The translations under genes and the position numbers were made by a program. This document shows positions 48,384 through 61,244 of a stretch of 64,000 nt of DNA, in pieces. The first letter of the stretch is position 1. Each line of letters opens with the position of its first letter. This DNA comes from Squalus acanthias (lineage: Eukaryota), in the NCBI GenBank assembly GCA_030390025.1, contig CM059432.1, positions 84,446,001-84,510,000 of the forward strand, read 5' to 3'. The notes beneath the pieces were generated by a model. It made no database searches. It worked only from the letters and a program-made list of their open reading frames with translations, and had not been told where the DNA came from.

Positions 48384-49200
48384 ATTACATAGGATTACAT
48401 AGGATATACGGCACAGAAACAGGCCATTTGGCCCAACCATTCCGTACCGGTGTTTATGCTCCACTCGAGCCTCCTCCTGTCGTTCTTCATCTAAATCTAT
48501 CAGTATAACCTTCTATTTCCTTCGCCATCATATGCTTGTCTAGCCTCCCCTTAAATGCATCTATACTTTTTGCTTCAACCACTCCACATTCTCACCACTC
48601 TTTGGGTAAAGAAGTTTCTTCTGAAATCCCTATTGGATTTCTTGGTGACTATCTTATATTGATGGCCTCTAGTTATGCTCTTCCCCACAAGTGGAAACAT
48701 TCTCTCTGTATCCACTCTATTAAACCTTTCATAATTTTAAAGACCTCTAGTAGGTCACCCCTCAGCCTTCTTTTTTCAAGAGAAAAGAGACCCAGCCTAT
48801 TCATCCTTTCCTGATATGTATACCCTCGCATTTCTGGTATCATCCTTGTAAAGCTTCTCTGCACCCTCTCCAGTGCCTCTATATCCTTTTTATAATACGG
48901 CGACCAGAACTGTACGCAGTACTCTAAGTGTGGTCTAACCAAGGTTCGATACAGGTTTAGCATAACTTCCCTACTTTTCAATTCTATACCTCTCGAAATA
49001 AACCCTAGTGCTTGGTTTGCTTTTTTTATGGCCTTGCTAACCTGTGTCGCAACTTTTAGTGATTTGTGTATTTGTACTCTGAGATCCCTTTGTTCCCTAT
49101 CCCATTTAGACTCGCACCCTCCAAGTATTAAGTGACCTCCCTATTCTTTCTACCAAAATGTAATACCTCACATTTATCTGTGTTGAACTTCATTTGCCAA
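48384..49200 (-). mobile_element. CR1 3' fragment nested in the older CR1
   Basis: (attacatagg)n tail; LNLYRTLVRPHLEYCVQFWSP. Confidence 0.85.
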
Positions 49201-49627
49201 TCTGTGTTTATATTTCTTGTTAATTTACTCTCATATTCTATTTTCTTCCTTTTTATCAGTTTTTTGGTTATCCTTTGCTGGTTTGTAAAACTCTCCCAAT
49301 CGTCATGCTAACTACTAATCCTTGCAACATTATAAGCCTCTTCTTTAAATCTAATACCATCCTTAACTTATTTGTTAGCCATGGATGGATCACTTTTCCC
49401 ATGGAGTTTTTATTTCTCAATGGAATGTGTATTTGTTGACAATTTTGAAATATTTCTTTATATGTTTGCCACTGCTTATTTATCATCATACCTTTTAATC
49501 TATTTTCCCAATCTACCTTAACCAATGTGCCTATATTACCTATGTAATTGGCTTTATTTAACATTAAGACTCTAGTTTTGTACTTAAGTATGTTACTCTC
49601 AAACTTAATGTGAAATTCTGTCATAAT

Positions 49628-50393
49628 GGGCCAAAAATTCGGCACTTGCCGGGTGAGTACGCGTTGTGTACTCACCCGTAAGGCCTCCTGAAGTGCCGGT
49701 TTCCTGCATGCACTGCGCATGCGCGGGAAACCGGAACTTCCGGTCTCGTGAAGGGAGGGGTTGAGAGGTGAACCATGTGCGTGGGAGAGGCTGCGCGCAT
49801 GCAGCGAACTTAGGTTTTTTTTCAGGTTTCTCCGGGAAGGTAAGTATGGAAGAAGCTGCACATTTAAAAAGGAGGTGCAAGACCCGTTTTTAACAAGGTA
49901 AGTGGTTAATTAATTACAATTTAAATTTTTTTTCAACAGGTTTACCTTTTTTAGATACTTTAAAGAAAAGGTAAGTTTATTTTTAGCACTGTTAAAAAGT
50001 ATTTTAACTTTTTGAAAAATTTAAATTTTTGTTTAAAGTAGTTAATTTATTTAACTTATAGTTATTTTAAAAATGTGATGTTTTTAAAAAAAATTATTTG
50101 AAGTTTAGGTGTTGTTTTGGGGCCGATTTCAATTCATAGATTTGACAGGTCTTCCTGTCAAATCTATGAATGAAAGATGGTCTGCTGCCATTGGCTCTCC
50201 ATAGCCCACCTGATCCCAAGGGACGCATCGCACTAACTACGCCCCTGGGATACACAAGCACTGCGCGCCGGCAGCTGCAGGAGGCCCAGGAGCTGAAGTC
50301 CCCGTGGGCCCAGAGGTCAACGGCAGGCGCAGTAGGTAGGTGCGCGCGGGATCCTTTCACCCGCGGGAAGCCAGGGAGCCTAATTTCTGGGCC
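49628..50393 (+). mobile_element. Harbinger-type MITE, multi-hairpin family, copy 3
   Basis: TIR gggccaaaaatt / aatttctgggcc; flanks AAT / ATT; same motif order as copies 1 and 2. Confidence 0.85.
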
Positions 50394-52898
50394 ATTATGA
50401 TCACTCTGCCCCAGAGAATCCTTTACTATGAGATTACTAATTAACCCTGTATCATTACACAATACAAGATCTAAAGTAGCCTGTAGCCTGTCTTGAATGC
50501 ATTCCATGAACTTGTCCTCCAGATTACCTTTGTCAATTTTATTTGTCTAGTCTGTATGCAGATTAAAGTCCCCCACGATTATTGCATTACCTTTGTTACA
50601 AGCTCCTATTAATTCTTGATTAATACTCTGTCCAATGGTGTAGCTACTGTTAGGGGGCCTATAAACTACTCCTACCAATGTTTTCCGCCCGTTGTTATTC
50701 CTTATCTCCACCCATACTGATTCTACTTCCTGATCTTCTGAGCCAAGATCCTTTCTCACTACTGTCCTTATGTCATCCTTTATTATCAGTGCAACCTTCC
50801 CCCGCCCCCCACTTTCCCATTCTGCCTGTCTTTTCTAAGCGTCATGCACCCTGGAATATTAGTAACCAACCTTTCTCACCTTGCAACCACGTCTCTGTAA
50901 TGCCTTTTAGATCAAACCCATTTATCTCTATTTGTACCACTAGTTCATTTATCTTGTTACGAATGCTTTGTGCATTTAGATAGAGTCTTTCATTTTATTT
51001 TACCATTATTCCCTGCTTTCACCTTATTCGCTGATGCACTATTACCATTAAACTCTCTGTCCCTTCTGTCACACTCTGCTTATCTTTACCCAAACCGTTA
51101 CACTGCTCTATTGCTTTGACTTTTCTCTTTAGAGTTCTAAATGTCCCCTCACCAGGCCCCTCACCTCCTTTTCGAGTTTAAAGCCCTATCTACAGCCCTA
51201 CTTATTCGATTTACCGCCCGGTTTAAGTGTGGCTCATCCCAACGGAACAGCTCCCTCTTTCCCCAGTACTGGTGCCAGTGCCCCATGAATTGAAACCCCC
51301 GTCTCCCACAGCACTCTTCTGAGCCACGCTTTTAACTCTCTGATCTGCTTGACCCTATGCCAATTTGCACGTGGCTCAGGTGGTAATCCAAAGATTATTA
51401 CCCTTGAGCTTCTACTTATTAATTTAGATTCTAGCTCCCTAGATTCGTGGATAGCACTCTATTGCGAGGCTGCTATTTCTGCAGGGTTAGTGGAAGCATC
51501 AGACATGGTTCCGGTTGATGTCTTTAAGGGAAATTTTGCCCCTTAAAACAATTTAAACATTTATCAGAAGATGAAGTAGCCATAATTTGTGGCTAATGGT
51601 GGGCTGAGTGGTTCATTTGCTCGTGTGTGGGAACAAAGCTGTTCTGTGCTTTCTGCTGTTTACATATGTCTGTTCTGCAGCCACTGGGGAAGGAACAAAA
51701 TGATGGATCACAACTTCAAAAAAATTGTATATAGCAGTTGTTTTTAACTCTATTGTAACAACTACCGTGCAATATAAATGTGGTGGTTCTCACATCAATA
51801 GGACCTTGAAGTATAATTGCAGAACTGTTTCTTCAAGCAATTCTGTAACATAGATACTGCATTCGTTTGTTTTTCTTATTTCCTGAGCTGAGTCACCCTT
51901 ATTATTCTGTGTTCTAGCTTTAACATCTCATTTCCAGCAGGCTGAAAGGTGGGGTTTTGCAACCATTACCCTTCGATTAGCAGCCTATTTCCTTTAATCT
52001 TTTAGATAATCCTCTTAATCTCCACTTTTATTTCCTATCTTTTGATCTCAGATACAGGATATATAGATATATTATTAAAAAGTCTGCTTTGTTTCAGACT
52101 AATGATGGATATAAATTTGTGTTTTTGAGGTGGTGTTGGAAGTTTCTCATTTCAAAGTGACGTCAGTGAGCCTCCTTCTCACATAGATTCTTCACCAGCT
52201 GACTTCCAATTTTCCTTCAAATGTACTGGTAATAATGATGACTGGGCAAAACTCTCAATGAGTAACAACAGCCAAAGATTTTCCTTACATTGTATGTAAA
52301 CTTTGATCAGCTTCCTAGGCCCTGGTATCAAAACTGTAATAATATGCTTATTACAAAGAGAATTAAAATTTGACGCTAATTAAAATTAATTAAAGTGCAA
52401 CAGGACAATAATTTGACAATATGCCACTTGGTATTTTAAATATTTCTTTGTAGTGTTACTTGTGGGAATGTTTCTGATTTCTAATTTATGTTTTTCTTCT
52501 CTTTTTATTTCTGTCTTGTGTACCTTTCATTCCTTTAACAACAAATACAGTATTAATTTTGCATGATCATGGATTGATGCCATGGATAAGACTCAGGTAG
52601 ATCATGGAAGAGACTGTGATGAGGATAATTGGAGGTAAAATGAGCAGTATAAGAGTGACATGAACTTGTCAGCGAGACGCACAATGTGTTGAGGTTTTAA
52701 AGTAGTCTAGTTCACACGCTAAGTAAAAGGATGTGCTGCATTTATTAAGCAAGACTTAGTTGAATAAGTTTACTTCCAAACAATTTTAACAGATGGCAGT
52801 TTCCATTTACAGATCAAATCTATTATGATTTACATTCTAAAATTAAGGTTCCTGTGAGGATGCTGTAAGTTACAACTATTATTTTATTGGCAAATATT

Positions 52899-53030
52899 GG
52901 CGTAGATCTTGACTTTGTGCAATAGTGTAAAGCGGGTGATAGGGAGTTGGCAGCCCGTTTTACATTTGTCCCATTTTTTATTTCCATTGACTTCCCGTTT
53001 TACATTTCGCACAAAGACAAGATCTACCCC
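52899..53030. mobile_element. 132-bp miniature Harbinger-type MITE
   Basis: 22-bp TIR ggcgtagatcttgactttgtgc / gcacaaagacaagatctacccc; TSD ATT. Confidence 0.8.
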
Positions 53031-53574
53031 ATTGTGGTTTTATCCTCTCTCAATTTTCCCTCCAGTTTTTGTCCCTTACCTCTCATCACCTGAAAGCAAG
53101 AAGTCATACTGGGGTAAAGTTCCTCTGGTGAACGCAAGCCAATGTTCACAATATATGAGTCTGTACAGTGACTGTCAGTAAATAGAATGGCCATGGAGGT
53201 TTTCATAGTCGAGCAAGATCCTGTCATCATCTAGAGGCTTAATTTCCTCTGGTGGTTAACTTTCTTGTGAAAAATTCCTTTGTGTACTATTTTAACCCAG
53301 TCTTTAATCTGTTTACTTTAAACAAGCTAACAATTGCATTAAAATACTTGACAAAAATAATTTTATTCAAAAGCATGAAAAGTACACTACAAGAGGAAAT
53401 TAAACACCTTGATGGACATACATACAGATTTCCAGAGCAGATTAGTAGATTGTCCATCTCCATAACTTAAGACACTGAGACCAATGCCCTGATATTTACT
53501 TGGATCTTTCCCACAACTTTCCCACAACTCCATCTTTCCCACAACATGGAGTTGTGGGAAAGATGGGCATGGAT

Positions 53575-54245
53575 TTAGGAAGCAACAACACGTTTAACAA
53601 CTTTGGAGAGGTGTGGTAGGTTGCAGGTAGGCAGTAATTCGGTAATTTGCAAGGACAGAGGAGTCAGGTGTGAGTTTTTTGAGGAGGAGCTAATGATGGT
53701 GGTTTTGAAAAAAATGGGGATAATACCTGAGGAGAGGGAACCACTTACAATGTCAGCTAGCATAGGGACGAAGAAGGGAAGTTGGGTGGCCAGCAGTTTG
53801 CTCAGTGTGAGGGCAATGGAGCAGATGGTGTGGGTCTCATGGACAAGATGAGCTTAGCGAGGACATGTGGGAGATAGGAGAGAAATTAGAGAGAGGGCTC
53901 AGGGAGGGGGAGAGCCATAAGGAGGTTCGGCTCGCTTGGCAAGAGGAAGGGGGAAGCAGCTGAGGCAGCTGAACAGATGGTCTCAATCTTTGTCACAAAG
54001 AAGTCCATGAATTCCTTGCATTTGTTGCTGGAGGTATGGGTGGTAGCATGGGGGAATAGGGGTTTGAGAAGATAGTTGGTGTGGAGAGAAGAAACTGGGG
54101 GTTATCTGTTCTCTCTAGGATGATCCTGGAATAGTGAATGGTTTTGAAAGAGGCCCAGTAGTGTTTGATGTGGTCCAGACAGATCTGGTGATGGATGACT
54201 AAACAGACTATATAGATACACATATGTCTGCACCCCTTGGACTTG
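53575..54245 (-). mobile_element. L2-clade LINE ORF2 fragment
   Basis: LADIVSGSLSSGIIP..FK...; NLPHLSKVVKRVVAS. Confidence 0.65.
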
Positions 54246-54299
54246 AGCAAATGACTTGTTCTGTTCTGGCATTATTAGTTGAAAAATGAATGTGGACCA

Positions 54300-54935
54300 G
54301 GGCACTGGGAGAATGCTCTGCTCTTCTTCCAATAGTTCCATGGAATCTTTTACATCCACCTGACTAGGCAGGCAAGGCCGTTTAGTGTTTCATCTGAAAA
54401 ATGTCAATCCAACAACGCAGCAGTTTCTCAGTATTGCACTGAAATGTCAACTTAGATTTTTGGGGTAGGGGTAACACTGGCAAGGCAGTATTTATTGCCC
54501 ATCCCTAATTATGTTGCGTGTATTAAGAGTCAATCACGTAGTGTGAGATTAGAGTCAATCATATATAGTGGGCCTGGAGTCATATGTGGCTTTCTTCAAT
54601 AGTACTTCATTGGCTGCAAAGTGCTAATGGGACGCCCTGCAGTCATGAAAGGCGTTATATAAATTCAAGTCTTTCTTTTTTTATTCAAGACAGACCAGCT
54701 AGGGGTGGCAGGTTTCCTTCCCTGAAAGGCATTAGCGAACCTGTTAGTAATTTTCTGGTGCTAACCCACAAATTACCAGATTTATTGAATTCACTTTCAC
54801 AACTTGATCATGGTGGGATTTGAACTCACAAGCTCTGGGTTGCTAGTCAAGTGCCATAACCTAAATTATGTGGAGTAGGGCTTCAGCCCATAATCTTCTG
54901 ACTCAATAGTGAGAGGGCTACCACTGAGCCAAACT
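54300..54935 (-). mobile_element. DeuSINE (SacSINE1-like) with a second SINE nested at ~54475-54862
   Basis: Reverse-complement similarity to 63553-64000; the nested element resembles 20567-20853 and has a tRNA-like head. Confidence 0.7.
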
Positions 54936-55192
54936 AACACTTGGAGGTCTGTAGGAGGGAAGGCTATATAAAAAAGTCCTGTATTTAAACATGGCACATA
55001 AACAAGACCAATATGTCCTGTTGTACAAATGCTGAAGAAGGAAAGCTGCCAGTTTAACTATTTTCCTGAGACAGAAAAGCAAACCCTCTAACCCAATGGT
55101 TCAGTCTGTTGCTTGACTTTTGTAGGTAAGCTTCAGTTTGTTCACTGTCTCTGGAATGTATTATAACTTATATTAATTTTTTTCAGAATATT

Positions 55193-55788
55193 GGACTGGA
55201 AATTCCTGGGATTCTGCTCTGCTGGCGGAAGTGTGACGGAGCCCTCGCCCAACGCCAGTGACCATGCCCCAAATCTGAGGATGAGATCTTTTGCAGAGCC
55301 TGGATGGTCCACTGGTGCATACCAGGGTGCATCAGCAGCGGCTGCCCCAGACTGAGCTGATCTGCCTTTATAAGGTGGAACAGTGCCCTTCCAAGGCTCA
55401 AATAGGCAGAAGAAAAATGTATTTTTCAATCTTTAGCTCACATTGGAGTCACCTGATGCTAAAGGTTATCGTTCTCCTCCAGGATCAGTTACCTTATTCT
55501 ACTAAAAGTTAGGGGCCTTCAAAAGACTTGAAAGGGATTCACGTCAGGTCATAACTGTTAGGAGTTCCGCTGAATCCTTTCAAGGGCATAAAGACAAGCA
55601 TTTCCTGGGGAAGCCTGTGAATTCCTTTAGACATGCCCTCTTGACATGAGATGTGGACAGAAGATCTGCCTATGGCCCCCTTGAGCAGAATATAAAGTTC
55701 CAGTCTAAACAGGCCAAAATGCCATTAGAGCTCATATTCCGGGTATAAATGAGAATTACGCCCTGTTCAACCCAGGAATTTTGAGGCC
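55193..55788. mobile_element. Harbinger-type MITE
   Basis: TIR ggactggaaattcctggg / cccaggaattttgaggcc; TSD ATT. Confidence 0.75.
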
Positions 55789-55987
55789 ATTTTATTTGTT
55801 TTTACACTGATATGTAGGAAGCATGGAAAAGATCTTAAAGGAGGCTATTCAATATCTGCAACTATTAGTTTGCTGAGAAATCCCTATTATTTGAGTTTTT
55901 TGATCTTTATAGTGTAATCAACTGGATAAAATCACTTCAGTGTCACATGAAACCTGTTTTAATTACATTTGGCTGACTCCTGTGCCT

Positions 55988-56560
55988 AATCTTCCTTTGT
56001 GCTAGGTATGACTCCAGCCAGTGGAGAGTTTTCCCTCTGATCCCCATTGACTTCAGTTTTACTAGGGCTTCTTGATGCCACACTCTGTCAAATGCTGCCC
56101 TAATGTCAAGGGCAGTCACTCTCACCTCACCTCTGGAATTCAATTCTTTTGTCCATGTTTGGACCAAGGCTGTAATGAGATCTGGAGCCGAGTGATCCTG
56201 ACAGAACCCAAACCGGGCAATGGTGAGCAGTTTATTGGTGAGAGTAAGTGGCGCTTGATAGCACTGTCGATGACACCTTCCATCACTTCGCTGATGATTG
56301 AGAGTAGGCTGATGGGGCTGTAATTGGCCAGATTGGATTTGTCCTGTATTTTGTGGACAGGACATACCTGGGCAGTTTTCCACATTGTCGGGTAGATGCC
56401 AGTATTGTAGCTGTATTGGAACAACTTGGCTAGAGGCGCGGCTAGTTCTGGAGCACAAGTCTTCAGCACTAGAGCCAGGATGTTGTCAGGGCCCATAGCC
56501 TTCGCTGTATCCAGTGCACTCAGCCATTTCTTGATATCACGTGGAGTGCATCGAACTGGC
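55988..56560 (-). mobile_element. CR1-group LINE RT fragment (different family)
   Basis: GPDNI...CAPELAAPLAKLF, NYSPISLL, ALDIRAAFDRVWH. Confidence 0.8.
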
Positions 56561-57115
56561 TGTGGAATTTTGAGAATCCTACCAGTCAGTGAAGGTTCTG
56601 AACACTGCTAATGCCTCCTTTCTACAGGCAAAGTGATGAAAATGTTGCCCCTTGTAAACACCGGAGTAGAATTTCCACAGTGCTTTCCCAATCTCTCACT
56701 ATAACTTTGTCGAAGATTGGCAAAACTCCAGAGAAACTACATAAATGGCAGTTTTTTGCCCATTTTCATAATTTTCTGGGGGGTTTCTGTCAAGCTTCTG
56801 CCAAAATTACAGCGGATGATAGGGAGGACCACCTTCGGAACTTCCAGGTGTAGCTATTGCTTGTTTGATGCATGTGTGCACTGCAGACTGGCTGACCGAC
56901 AGATGACGCCTACAGTGGCTTAAAAGGATCCAGTAACATAAAAGCTTATTGCAGTAGTAATCTTTATTGCTGCAGGAAGAGTGGTCTCGGCTCTAGATGT
57001 TGTCTACAGTTCAGCCTGCAACACATGGCAAAGACAGCTCTCATCTAATGCATCTAGATATGTTTATAGAGTCTGTACATGCAGATTCTGGAATAGTGAT
57101 AGGTGTGGACATTGT

Positions 57116-57943
57116 GAGCTGGATTTTGTCAGCCCCGAGGAGGCGGGTATGGAGGCGGGACTGACGGTAAAGTTGCAGGATTTGGGGGCGGCTGGCAAAC
57201 CCGTCCCCAACCCGCCTCCGTGCCCTTTTGTCCTGCCCCGGGTCCCATCTCCTCAAGGCGGGAAAGGGATTAAATCCTATTAACTGCCTGTTAACAGGTA
57301 GTTAACAGGCAGAAAAAAGGATTATCCCTATTTTTAGCTCCGAAGTGCAGGCTTCCCAACCTCGGAGAACCCCGCCAGGGTGCAGGAGACAAGAAGGAGG
57401 TCGGAGGGGGTCAGAGGGGGTCTGAAAGTGAGATGTAGAGGTGAGTGATGGGTGCAAGTGTGGAGTGGTAAGTATGTAAGGTGAGTGTTAAGTGTTATAA
57501 AATGTTCACTTACCTTTGTTTCTGCCTACAGCCTTCAGCCGCTGTGGATCCGGAGTCCCAAAATCTTCATTGTAGATTTCACAGACTGGCTGTTGGATCC
57601 TCCGAACCAACAGCCAGGTGATTTCTGCAAAGTTGAAAGGTTTGATGAGTCCTGAACATAAGGTCTCATCAAACTACACAGAATGTTAGTGTTTGACAGC
57701 TTCACAGAGCTGTCAAATGCTGACATTTCTTCTTTCAAGAAATCTTGATGGATGGCACATCAGACGTTGACCTGCTCTGTCAGTGACTTCCACCTAATTG
57801 GCCTGTTGAGCCCGCTGGGCGGGCTTAACAAGGTCAATCAGGGGAAAATCCCACTGGTTGGCCAGAAGCTGATGGAGGCGGGATTGAAAGCTGGCAAGCA
57901 GCAGTCCCGCCTCCAAAAGCTTCCCATTGAGAAAATCCAGCCC
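57116..57943 (+). mobile_element. Harbinger-type MITE with internal hairpins
   Basis: TIR gagctggatttt / aaaatccagccc; homologous in inverted orientation to 58028-58794; TSD not intact. Confidence 0.72.
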
Positions 57944-58027
57944 AAAGTCTCACATGTCATTGAAACATTATTTACTGGAAATACTCAGCAGGTCAGGCAG
58001 CATCTGTGGAGAGAGAAACAGAGTTGT

Positions 58028-58794
58028 GGGGGGTGATTTTGCTAATGGGGACGTGATGGAGGCGGGACTGCTGCTTGTCAGGTTTTAGTCCCGCCTCCAT
58101 TGACGTCCGGTCAGCCCACCCTATTTTCCCTTGTTTGACCTTGTTAAGCCCGCCCAGCGGGCTTAGCAGGCTAATTAAGGGAAAGCCAGTTACTGGTGAC
58201 GTCAGCGAGTGATGCTTCATCTGTCAAGAGCTTTTGACAGATGAAATGTCAGCATTTGATGGCTCTGTGAAGCTGTCAAACACTGACAATCTGTCTTCTA
58301 AGTTGAGTAGTGGGACACAGGCTTACTTAGAGATCTGTCCTGAGCTGAAAGCAGAAGGCTGGTGCATTTGAGAATGCAGCGGCCATTCTGCTTTCTCTGC
58401 TGGTGAGATGAGGGACTCCCGAGGCCTGAAGGGTTGAAGCCTGGAGGAAGAAGCAAAGGTAAATAAAGCTTTTAAAAGACTTAAGACTCACCTCACACAC
58501 TTACCTCTGGACACATGCACCCATCACTCACCTGCACACCGGACATCTCGGCCCCTCTGACCCCCACAGACCCACGGCTCGCCTCGTTGACCCTGGCGAG
58601 GTTCGGAGCCGTCGGGAAGCCCACACTTTAGGTGGCAAAATAGGGATTATCCAAAAAACTGCCCGTTAACTACCCGCCTCCTGGGAAGATGGCACGGAGG
58701 CGGGTTGGGGGTGGGATGGGTACCCGCTCCCAGATTCTGCCATTTTCCCAGCAGTCCTGCCTCCATACCCACCTCCCCAGGGCTGGCAAAATCA
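58028..58794 (-). mobile_element. Harbinger-type MITE with internal hairpins
   Basis: gggggtgattttgc / gcaaaatca ends (terminal bases lost); related to 57116-57943. Confidence 0.72.
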
Positions 58795-58835
58795 TGTTTC
58801 AGGTTGATGACCCAGGGTCATCGATCTGAAACGTT

Positions 58836-60624
58836 GGCCGGAATTTTGCCAGCGCTCAGAGGGCGGGTTTGGAGGCAGGTGAGCTGCCAAAATAGCAAAG
58901 ATTGACAGCGACTAGGAAACCCGCTGTCAACCCACCTCCACGCGAGTCTCCCAGGTGTTGGGTCTGTCAGTGGAGAGCTGACCCGACACCAAGCAGCGGG
59001 GGAGACAATTGAGCTTGTTAAATGCTTTGTTAAGAGCCAATTTAATGGTATTTTGAGGCATCCTTCCAATTTTACGTTCTCCCCCACGGGTTACCTGCTG
59101 CTCGGGGAACACGCCAGGTCACCCTGGCGTGAGTTGTGTCTGCTCTGATGTATCTGATAAGCTGACAGCTGCAGAAATGGTGTAAAGGATGCCATGTTGC
59201 AGATGTTCAGTTTTAGAGCGCAGAAACTTTTGGTTACTTCATTTGTAATACATACAGAGATTTCTTTAGCTTGCAAGTGTTTAGAGGCAACTATATGTCC
59301 AGTGCCACCTCATTGGAACAACCTCTCTCACCATTGACAGATCGCTTCTGTCATCTTACCTGCAGCTGCCATCTATTGCAGCAACATTGGTGCCCTTGAA
59401 AAATCAGACCTTGGTCCTCTGAATCCTTCCATGATGAGCCCCAACACCAACATCACCAGGCACATCAACATCACCAACCTTCTCCGCCATCTCCTGATGC
59501 TGCAGAGGACACAGGGCATCAGCCCCTGACAGCACTGCTGCCTGGGAGGCCAGCGATGGCATCACGATGGCCAGATTTACTTCACTTGACGCTGTTAACC
59601 CTGGCTGCCACATGATGCGCCAGTTTGACACAATTCCACACCAGCACCGTGAAGCATCCCTTTAATGTCCAAGCCATTCCATGCAGACACATCACTATAG
59701 TGGGGGGTGGGGCGCAGGGGAGGGAGTTATATCTCAACATTCACTGGAACTCAGTAAGACACTTCTCAAGGTGCGCACAGATCTGTCCATGAAGGGGCAG
59801 TGTTGGATAAATAGATTTCACTGTATGGCAACACATTACCAGAAACTTCACATGGACATTGGCTAAACCTTTCAAGTGTCTACCCTTGTGTGTTGTTAGT
59901 TGGTATGCTTGCAGTAGGATGAGGGTGAGTGTGAGGGGTGGCTAGTGAGATGGGGAAGTGATAAAGTAGATAGAGAGGGTTGGGTGGAGGTGCAAGGTAA
60001 GTTGGTGTGAGTAAGGATGTGCAGGAGAAGGGTATGGAAGGCAGAGTGATGGGGATGTGTTGAGTGGCACAGCAGGGTGAGTTTGAGTGTGGCTTTGCAG
60101 TAACGTTTTGTGATCCACTGAGATCATTGAAAGGTTGGCGCCACTGCAGCCAGTGACCCCTGATGACATCCCTGCTTTTGCCCTCCTGTGTAATGTGCAA
60201 CCAGGCTGCGTTGGTGTCCTGGGGAGGTCTCTTCCACCCTTGGAAGGGAAGAGAACCTCCCTGCGTGCTGTGACTCGCTCCATAAGCATATGGAGGGAGT
60301 CATTGGAGAGCCAGGGTGCAAGCGTCCACCTTTGTGCAGTGCTTGTCAGTGTTTGCAGCACCTCAATGCTGTCAAACACTGACAGCACAACTGTCAAACT
60401 CAATGTGGCCTTGGTCCCTTTAAGGAAACCGGCTGATGACGCGTCATCAAATGACGTCATCAGACCCGCTTCCTGTTAATTGGCTGGGAAACCCGCAGGG
60501 TGGGCTTAACAAGGCCAATCAAGGGAAAATCCCTTTGACAGAGCGGCTGCAGCCAGGATCATGACTGGAATCCAGAAATCAGCTCTCCCGCCATTATCCC
60601 GGCACCGCTGAGAAAATCGCGGCC
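58836..60624 (+). mobile_element. 1.8-kb non-autonomous Harbinger
   Basis: TIR ggccggaatttt / aaaatcgcggcc; TSD GTT; inverted homologue of 30491-32223. Confidence 0.87.
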
Positions 60625-61244
60625 GTTAACTCTGTTTCACTCTCCACAGATGCTGCCTGACCTGCTGAGTATTTCCAGCATTTTCTGTTTTTATTTCAGA
60701 TTTCCAGCATCCGCAGTATTTTGCTTTTGAACCATTATTTGTTCTTCCTTCATGAATTCAACCTCTTTATCTAGTTCGTCAGCACTATCAGTATCCTCAA
60801 AGGAATTCCTATCTTTCTTGGTGCAAGTTGAATTGTATCAGCAAGCAACAATACTGGAAAGAAAGCAATGTCACACTCCCAGGCAACAAAAACTAATACA
60901 AGCAAAATATAACCAAAATATCAATGTTAAATGGAAAAAAAAACAGAAGTTTGCAATTAAGTTTTGTAATAGTGACCTCACTTTAAGAATCCAACTTGAA
61001 CAATCCAAGGCAACGGATTAGTTATGTACCCATTGTATATGAGCAATCTCAGTGCAGGGATGGAACTGGCTAAAAACATCTGAAATCATGAGGGATCTAG
61101 TTACATAATTCGCGTGCCTTTACTGATACTTCCACTTGCCAGCAGCGCAGTCTCTGGAAATGACACCAAAATATTTACTGCAAAATTGACACGTTGTGCG
61201 TTGGATGCCCATCCCATTCTGTGTCTGTAGCACAGCTTCACAAA

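Larger units (their letters stand above)
46271..51440 (-). mobile_element. CR1 LINE (ORF1 3' part and most of ORF2), interrupted by two MITEs and another CR1
   Basis: VGVVYRPPNS, IVGDFN, GNYRPV, FADDTK; ORF1-like HWHQYWGKRELFRWD near 51240-51285. Confidence 0.88.
57975..60729. mobile_element. Inverted Penelope pLTR dimer split by two Harbinger insertions (pieces 57975-58025, 58795-58835, 60625-60729)
   Basis: Pieces rejoin into a fold-back pLTR; flanking repeat gaaacattattt / gaaccattattt. Confidence 0.8.

Noticed and set aside
57041..60840. Protein-like minus-strand frame reassembled after removing the insertions
   Set aside because: The rejoined sequence hits a stop just past the TSD and matches no family I recognise.
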